In this document: piece by piece, positions 25,477 to 31,030 of the stretch
Layout of the letters: each line of letters begins with the position of its first letter
Numbering within the stretch: the stretch's first letter is position 1
From: an uncultured Planctomycetales bacterium
GTDB lineage: Bacteria; Omnitrophota; Gorgyraeia; Gygaellales; Profunditerraquicolaceae
Direction: 5' to 3'
Assembly: GCA_964572435.1 (NCBI GenBank)
Contig: CAZNGC010000001.1
Coordinates: forward strand, 1-31,030
Length of the DNA stretch: 31,030 nt
Notes under the pieces: generated by a model
The model's database searches: none
Seen by the model: the letters and a program-made list of their open reading frames with translations, nothing else
Told to the model about the DNA's origin: nothing
Position numbers and translations under genes: made by a program

Positions 25477-27504
25477 TTAATCGCGGAAGTATTCTTCCAG
25501 CGTCTTAAAAAATTCCCCGCTCTCCCGGTGTTTTTCCCCGATGATATCGTCAAGATCAACATCATCCAAGCCGCCGGGATCTGCGCATGGCTGCACATCC
25601 ACGAATTTATCAAGCAGCCCGCCCTCCTCCAAGAACCTGGAAACCTGCGTAAAAATCGAACCGCCCGTATCCATGAAACTGCGCGGCGACCTGTCGATAT
25701 GAGGTTTCAGTAAAAAAAGGTTTGTTTTTGCCCGCGTAGCCGCGACATAAAAAAGCCGGCGCTCTTCTTCAACTTCCTCATCGGTTTCCAGAGACAGATA
25801 TGAAGGAAGATGCCCTTCAGCGACATAGATCATGAATACCGTATGCCATTCCAGGCCCTTGGCGGAATGTATGGTCGAAAGGGTGAGCGCCGTATCGTCC
25901 TTATCCGCTTTTCCCGCCTCCACCAGGCTTCTTTCCGGAGGCTCAAGCGCCATGTCGGTCAGGAAATGCTCCACGGATTTATAACGTTCGGCTATTCTCA
26001 AAAGGGAATCCAGGTCGCTTAGGCGCTTGTTGAAATCATCGTATTTATTTTTCAATAAAGGCTGGTAATAGCCGAGGAACTTCTCAATTATTTTTGCCGG
26101 CTCATCCTCGCGGCAATCGACATCTTTTAAAAGGACGAACAGCTTTGACAAATATTCGTTTTTGCGCAGAAATTCTTCATTCTGTTCTTTTCCGATAATC
26201 GTCTGCATAATTTTATCCGCGGTTTTCGGCCCTATCTTGGGGATCAGCAAAAGCGCCCGCAGCCAGCTTACCTGATCAGACGCGTTATAAGCGATACGCA
26301 AATAACTGAGGATATCTTTTATATGCGCTGCTTCCACGAATTTCTGTCCGCCATATTTGACAAAAGGGATATTCCGGCTGGCCAGTTCGATTTCCAGGTC
26401 GTTAGAATGCCATCCTGAACGAAAAAGCACGGCTATGTCCTTTAAAGCCACCCCTTCTTCTCTTAATTCCAGTATCTTTTCCGCGACATAACGCGACTGG
26501 GAATTCTCGTCCGGGCAATCCAAGAAAACCGGCGCCACCCCTTCTGTTTTCTTCGTATAAAGGTGTTTTTCAAACTTTTCCTTGGCCCGCGCGATAACCG
26601 CGTTGGTTAAATTTAATATTGGCTGGGTAGAACGGTAATTTTCCTCCAGGGTAATGATCTTGGTATCTTTAAATATCTTGGGAAAATCGATGATATTCTT
26701 GAAATTCGCCCCGCGGAAAGAATAAATGCTCTGCGCGTCATCCCCCACCACCATTATATTGGAGTGATCCGCCGCCAAAAGGCAGGCTATATGCGCCTGA
26801 AGCTTATTTGTATCCTGGTATTCATCCACCATGATATATTTATACCTGGAAGATATGGCAGCGCGCACATCTTCGTGCCTGTTAAGCAGGTTCTTCAGGA
26901 ATACCAGCAGATCATCGTAATCCAAAAGGGACTTCTGGCGCTTGTACTTACCGTACTCCTGCCGGATCTTCTTGATATCCTCGCTGAATTCCATAAACTG
27001 CGGGTATTCATCGTAAATTACATCGGAGAGCTCTTCGGATTTGTTCACGCTCTTGGAGATTATTTCCAGGATGGCGTGCTTGCGGGGAAAGCGCTTTTCG
27101 GATTTATGATACCCCATCTGCACCCTTACCAGATTGACCGCGTCTTCGGCATCCGCCTGGTCAAGAATGGTAAAATTATTGTCGATCTCCAGGAATTTGG
27201 CGTATTTTCTCAAGATCATATTAGCGAAAGAATGGAAGGTGCCCCCGGATATCTTTTTGCAGCGCTCATCCAAAAGCAGACTTGCCCTTTTAAGCATCTC
27301 TTCCGCCGCCCTGCGGGTAAAGGTAAGCAGTAATATCTGCTCCGGGCTGACACCCTGCTCGACAAGATAGGCCGCACGGTGCACAAGGACACGGGTCTTC
27401 CCGCTTCCAGCCCCGGCAATCACCAAATACGGGCCGTTGACTGAAGTAACCGCCTCAAGCTGGGCTTTGTTAAGCTCGTTCTTATAATCTATTCTTTTAT
27501 ACAT
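25477..27504 (-). CDS. ATP-dependent SF1 DNA helicase, UvrD/PcrA/Rep family
   Basis: LNKAQ, AGAGSGKT, TFHSFA, VDEYQD, GDDAQSIYSFRGA, LEENYRS, TIHSAKGLEW, EERRLFYVAATRA. Confidence 0.96.
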   Translation of the reverse strand: MYKRIDYKNELNKAQLEAVTSVNGPYLVIAGAGSGKTRVLVHRAAYLVEQGVSPEQILLLTFTRRAAEEMLKRASLLLDERCKKISGGTFHSFANMILRKYAKFLEIDNNFTILDQADAEDAVNLVRVQMGYHKSEKRFPRKHAILEIISKSVNKSEELSDVIYDEYPQFMEFSEDIKKIRQEYGKYKRQKSLLDYDDLLVFLKNLLNRHEDVRAAISSRYKYIMVDEYQDTNKLQAHIACLLAADHSNIMVVGDDAQSIYSFRGANFKNIIDFPKIFKDTKIITLEENYRSTQPILNLTNAVIARAKEKFEKHLYTKKTEGVAPVFLDCPDENSQSRYVAEKILELREEGVALKDIAVLFRSGWHSNDLEIELASRNIPFVKYGGQKFVEAAHIKDILSYLRIAYNASDQVSWLRALLLIPKIGPKTADKIMQTIIGKEQNEEFLRKNEYLSKLFVLLKDVDCREDEPAKIIEKFLGYYQPLLKNKYDDFNKRLSDLDSLLRIAERYKSVEHFLTDMALEPPERSLVEAGKADKDDTALTLSTIHSAKGLEWHTVFMIYVAEGHLPSYLSLETDEEVEEERRLFYVAATRAKTNLFLLKPHIDRSPRSFMDTGGSIFTQVSRFLEEGGLLDKFVDVQPCADPGGLDDVDLDDIIGEKHRESGEFFKTLEEYFRD

Positions 27505-27517
27505 AGGAGTATTTTAC

Positions 27518-27545
27518 ATTCTATCCCCTGGCAGGTTTATTGCAA
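27518..27545 (-). promoter_or_regulatory. Possible sigma70 promoter for the helicase
   Basis: TTGCAA-16 nt-TAGAAT, 13 nt before ATG; no SD. Confidence 0.45.
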
Positions 27546-27560
27546 GACAAAAGTTGGAGT

Positions 27561-27632
27561 AAAAGAAAAGGGGCGTTCGTTAAGGGTGCCTTTGGAGGCC
27601 GATGAGCTCTCAAAAGGCAGGACGCCCCTTTT
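27561..27632 (-). terminator. Intrinsic terminator (long compound hairpin) after the giant gene
   Basis: AAAAGGGGCGT..ACGCCCCTTTT outer stem followed by CTTTT; inner TGCCTTT/AAAGGCA stem. Confidence 0.75.
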
Positions 27633-27650
27633 GTGCGGGGAAATCTGATT

Positions 27651-30600
27651 TTATTTCGTCATCGCGACCGGTTCTCTTGCCTCTATCCTTATCTTCTCCA
27701 GAGATAATTGCATTTGTTGGGCCGTTTTACTGGACTCCAAAAGAGAAAGCATTTCTTTCAAGGACGGCTCCGTAGTCATTACCCTCTCCTCTTGCATCTT
27801 GAGTATATCCGCAATACAGGAAAGAATCTCCTCCATCTCCCTGCCCATTTCATGCCTTAAGCAGCAAGATTGCAGGTATTCTTTGATCCTTTCGCTCGAA
27901 GGAATTATACCGGCCTTAAGCATATTCCTGATCTGGAGCAAGGATTCATCAGGATCGATGTTTAACAAAGAAGCAGACGCAGTTATGCTGCTTAAGGCCG
28001 GTCCAGCCGCTGGCGCCTGCACAGTAACCGGCAACGCGCGGAAATCAATTCCTCCTTTATCTTGCGCGGGAGAAGATGATTCCTCATCTGCAGGCAGACG
28101 GGAGGCCTGAGCCTTGAACCTGACCACAACAATACCCTCTTCATCCTTCCCGTTATCTTCATTTATCGCATCGGCAAAAGGTTCCGCATGGTACTCGCCC
28201 CTCTCGTCATAATAACCGCCTTCGATAAATTCCCAGTCTGCTGATTTAAACAATCTGACTATCCCCGTAGATGCAAGCGGAACTCTATTCTTGATTTCAT
28301 CGAGAGACTCCTGGCTGGCGACCTCCGTAGTAATTGTCTTGCCCGGCGGAAAAACCTTACCCACTTCTTCAAGGATCAACCTGGCAAACCCCCGGTTAAG
28401 ATAAGACTGGTTGGTTATCCTGATGAAGCGGGCGTTGGGGAAATTCCCGGATGTAGTGCTTAACTCGAACATGCCGATATCTTCTCCGCGATCATTCTTC
28501 AACACAACAACTCTGTCCCAACCTTCCCCATCCTTATTCTGAACCTCGAACTTATAATCCTCCCCGTCTTTTCTTACTTGAAGGCCATCCAGTTTTCTCA
28601 AAGACTCGATCATTTGGGTATCTACCGCTGGCGAACTGGAAAGCTCCCCCTCGGCATAAGGCCCGCGCTTACGGGAAAATTCAACATAATCCCTCAAGCC
28701 CCGGATAACCGGCTGCAACTGTTTTTGCATATCCGGGGAATTCTTTTGCGTCAATGTATCTATCTCGTCCAATTCTTTGAGGAATTTATCGAGCATAACT
28801 GCGGAACTCTGCCAAATATCTATAAGCGCGTACCCGTCTTTGGTTATATTGTCGGCATCAAAATTCCTCCCCGTATTTACGGCCGCCTTGCGTAATCTAT
28901 CTATTAAATCTTTATGTGGTGCTTCTGTAAATACTTCAATGAGGCTTGTTTCACCATCATTTGATAAAGGAGAGCTTGCCGCCGGGCTAAACACGCCTTT
29001 TTCCTGCATGAGCATGCGGAAATCAGGGCTGACCGCTAAATACTTAGCTACCTCCGTAGTCCTGTAGGCCGGGGAGAAATCGCTGTCCCTTAAAGAAAAC
29101 AGGGAAATTTCATTCAACCCGTTCCCCTGGCCATTGCCGGACAGATCGGCAAAATTAATAAGCCAGGTTATGTCTATGCTGCGGCCGGAAGAGATCTGCT
29201 TATAAATTTGCTTTCTGGCATCTCTTAACGTATCCCCCTTGGCGCTCCAAATGATATTTTCGTGCGTGGCGTAATCCTTGGCATCAAGGACTCCGTAATC
29301 CGCCGTAATCACAAAACCTCTCTTAAGAGCCCTGGCGACCTGTTTTGACCAAACAGACAGATACGGGCTGAAGGGGACTTCCTGCCCCTCGTCTACAGAA
29401 GTAAGCCCCTGGACATAATCCTTCATCTCCTGGGTCGAAAGCTCTCCCAGCTCTTCCATAAAAGAACCGTCTTTGAGGCTGACAAAGACCTCGCGGAACT
29501 GGCCGTCCTGCTTTCTGATGATATGCACCGGGAAAGCATCCACCAATTCATTTGAAATAAACACCCCCTGGATCCCCTCTATCCCCTCTAAATCCTTCCA
29601 CTCTACCTTGTCCGGGAAAGTTTCTACGCTTTTAGCCTGTATCGCTTTTAAATGCTCGCTTACATCAACAATTATATATTTAAGATTTTTATACAAGTCT
29701 TTCGCCCTGGGTTCCTTGCTTAGATACTCGAGTATATTCTTTGCCAGGGTCCCCCTGCCGGCGCCCATCTCGACTATCCGAAAATCCGAAGGCTCGCCCA
29801 TTATCGACCACATATCCAGCAACTGGCTGGCCATAGCGTTGCCGAATTCGGCGTGTTCGGAGTCCGTGTCGAAATCCCTGGTTATATTCACAAACCTGGC
29901 GTAATAACCATAATCATTGTCATATAGCGCTGTTTGCATGAAATCAGCATAGCTGATCCTCCCTCCTGCGCCCTCTATCTGTTGTGTTATCTTTGCCGGC
30001 AAACCGGGGGCTTGGGCCCCTGATGTTTCGTCAACAGGCGAACTGGATTTAGCATTGATCATTACAAAATTATTAAACGGCATAGCATGAATAACGAAAC
30101 CTGCGGAAGTAAAGACCTCGGTGAATGTGCTGCTGTCGGTAGCCGGCCCCGTAGAAATCAACGCTGCCCCGCCGTCTTTTAATACCCGTTTTATCTCTTT
30201 CGCCGCTCGGTTATAAAAATCTATGAGATTACTCGAACCGTTCTTCTGCATCTCCGCCAGATCGAACATCTCCGGATTAAATAAACCTATGCTTATCACG
30301 GTATCGAATTCATTGTCCTTAAATGGCATATCCTGCACAACCCCCGGGACAAATTCCCCCCGGCCGGCAAATTTCTGCGTCAGCCCGGGATGAGGATCCA
30401 AACCTGTTATATCTTTCCCTTGAGCTGAAAGATAAGTCGTTATATTCTCATTCCTCAATTCCCCGGTAAAGGAATTGGTCTCCATGCCGATATTAAGAAT
30501 CTTTCCTGTGAGCAAGCTATCGGCTGATATCCCTATGGGATATACCTTGATAAAATCCAGCATAGTCTCCAGGGAAGCGGCATGCACGGAATACCCGCTG

Positions 30601-31030
30601 TCTCCCAAAGGAGAGCTAGAGGATACCGCATCCCCTAGATTGATTATCCCCCCCGGCGCAATCAATTTGAAATATTTCAGGTCTTCTCCGCGCATCGGAA
30701 GATCCATTCTGATAACAAAGAAATCATAACCGGTTACCACCCCGTCCCGGACGTGGTTCCTGATGATAAAATCCTTTCCGGAAACCAACCCGTGGTCTTT
30801 TATGAAAGCGTCTTTATCGAATAAAAGCAGCACCTCGGTCCGATCCGGGCTTATCGCATAGCTATCACCGCTTTTAGCGATCTCGAAATAATTCCCCTTG
30901 CCTAAATTATTTATTTCTCCCTGGATCATCCTGCCGCTGGCGAGCATCCCCAGGAAATTATCTATGGTAGTCCCGAGGATCACTATTTCTTTCCCCTTGG
31001 AGGTAAGCTCCTCGACCTTCTGCGCTAATT
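27651..31030 (-). CDS. C-terminal >=1125 aa of a large modular multi-enzyme protein (SSP-linked modules: unknown, class I SAM-MTase, MidA/NDUFAF7-like MTase, helical unknown, GNAT, GGIDF C-terminal domain); 5' end outside the window
   Basis: The frame stays open upstream of the ORF-track GTG 30983 to the window edge (LAQKVEELTSKGKEI-V). Motifs: DMPFKDNEFDTVIS/EIKRVLKDGG; ISYADFMQTALY..GYY, IVEMGAGRGTLA, SNELVDAFPVH, ITADYG; SYLNRGFARLILE. Confidence 0.9.
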   Translation of the reverse strand, partial: LAQKVEELTSKGKEIVILGTTIDNFLGMLASGRMIQGEINNLGKGNYFEIAKSGDSYAISPDRTEVLLLFDKDAFIKDHGLVSGKDFIIRNHVRDGVVTGYDFFVIRMDLPMRGEDLKYFKLIAPGGIINLGDAVSSSSPLGDSGYSVHAASLETMLDFIKVYPIGISADSLLTGKILNIGMETNSFTGELRNENITTYLSAQGKDITGLDPHPGLTQKFAGRGEFVPGVVQDMPFKDNEFDTVISIGLFNPEMFDLAEMQKNGSSNLIDFYNRAAKEIKRVLKDGGAALISTGPATDSSTFTEVFTSAGFVIHAMPFNNFVMINAKSSSPVDETSGAQAPGLPAKITQQIEGAGGRISYADFMQTALYDNDYGYYARFVNITRDFDTDSEHAEFGNAMASQLLDMWSIMGEPSDFRIVEMGAGRGTLAKNILEYLSKEPRAKDLYKNLKYIIVDVSEHLKAIQAKSVETFPDKVEWKDLEGIEGIQGVFISNELVDAFPVHIIRKQDGQFREVFVSLKDGSFMEELGELSTQEMKDYVQGLTSVDEGQEVPFSPYLSVWSKQVARALKRGFVITADYGVLDAKDYATHENIIWSAKGDTLRDARKQIYKQISSGRSIDITWLINFADLSGNGQGNGLNEISLFSLRDSDFSPAYRTTEVAKYLAVSPDFRMLMQEKGVFSPAASSPLSNDGETSLIEVFTEAPHKDLIDRLRKAAVNTGRNFDADNITKDGYALIDIWQSSAVMLDKFLKELDEIDTLTQKNSPDMQKQLQPVIRGLRDYVEFSRKRGPYAEGELSSSPAVDTQMIESLRKLDGLQVRKDGEDYKFEVQNKDGEGWDRVVVLKNDRGEDIGMFELSTTSGNFPNARFIRITNQSYLNRGFARLILEEVGKVFPPGKTITTEVASQESLDEIKNRVPLASTGIVRLFKSADWEFIEGGYYDERGEYHAEPFADAINEDNGKDEEGIVVVRFKAQASRLPADEESSSPAQDKGGIDFRALPVTVQAPAAGPALSSITASASLLNIDPDESLLQIRNMLKAGIIPSSERIKEYLQSCCLRHEMGREMEEILSCIADILKMQEERVMTTEPSLKEMLSLLESSKTAQQMQLSLEKIRIEAREPVAMTK

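Noticed and set aside
27505-27650. Possible 6S RNA or known riboswitch in the giant gene-helicase gap
   Set aside because: The hairpin is only ~67 nt and lacks the ~180-nt 6S central-bubble architecture or any riboswitch consensus I recognise; kept as a terminator.
1-31030. CRISPR arrays, integrases, transposases, prophage genes, stop-codon recoding
   Set aside because: None seen: no regularly spaced short repeats, no recombinase motifs, and no interrupted conserved genes that would need readthrough or frameshift.

Overview
31-kb bacterial window, all convincing genes on the minus strand, probably Candidatus Omnitrophota/PVC (inferred from gene content and the SSP-linker/GGIDF giant-protein architecture, not from a marker gene). 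In transcription order (right to left): (1) the 3' end of a large modular protein running off the window, in which five Ser-Ser-Pro linkers separate enzyme-like modules (class I SAM methyltransferase, MidA/NDUFAF7-like methyltransferase, GNAT) before a GGIDF C-terminal domain; (2) a tightly coupled housekeeping run: uvrD/pcrA-like helicase, MTHFR C-terminal (MetV-like), nifU, 5-formyl-THF cyclo-ligase, rny, ymdB, a secreted GH39-like protein with Ala at its acid/base position, xseA, xseB, dxs, a 4-subunit 2-oxoacid:ferredoxin oxidoreductase, gltX and a secreted hypothetical; (3) a promoter, a structured leader ending in a terminator, an unannotated 48-aa membrane peptide, yggT with an apparent ATT start, and tRNA-Gln(CTG); (4) an ~11-kb accessory glyco-tailoring locus: outer-membrane barrel, three cobalamin-binding radical SAM enzymes (two tandem paralogs sharing an 888-bp identical core), a Twitch/SPASM radical SAM, a UDP-galactopyranose mutase-like flavoprotein, a GT2 and two GT-C-type membrane glycosyltransferases. 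All family calls are from motif recognition only; no database search was run.
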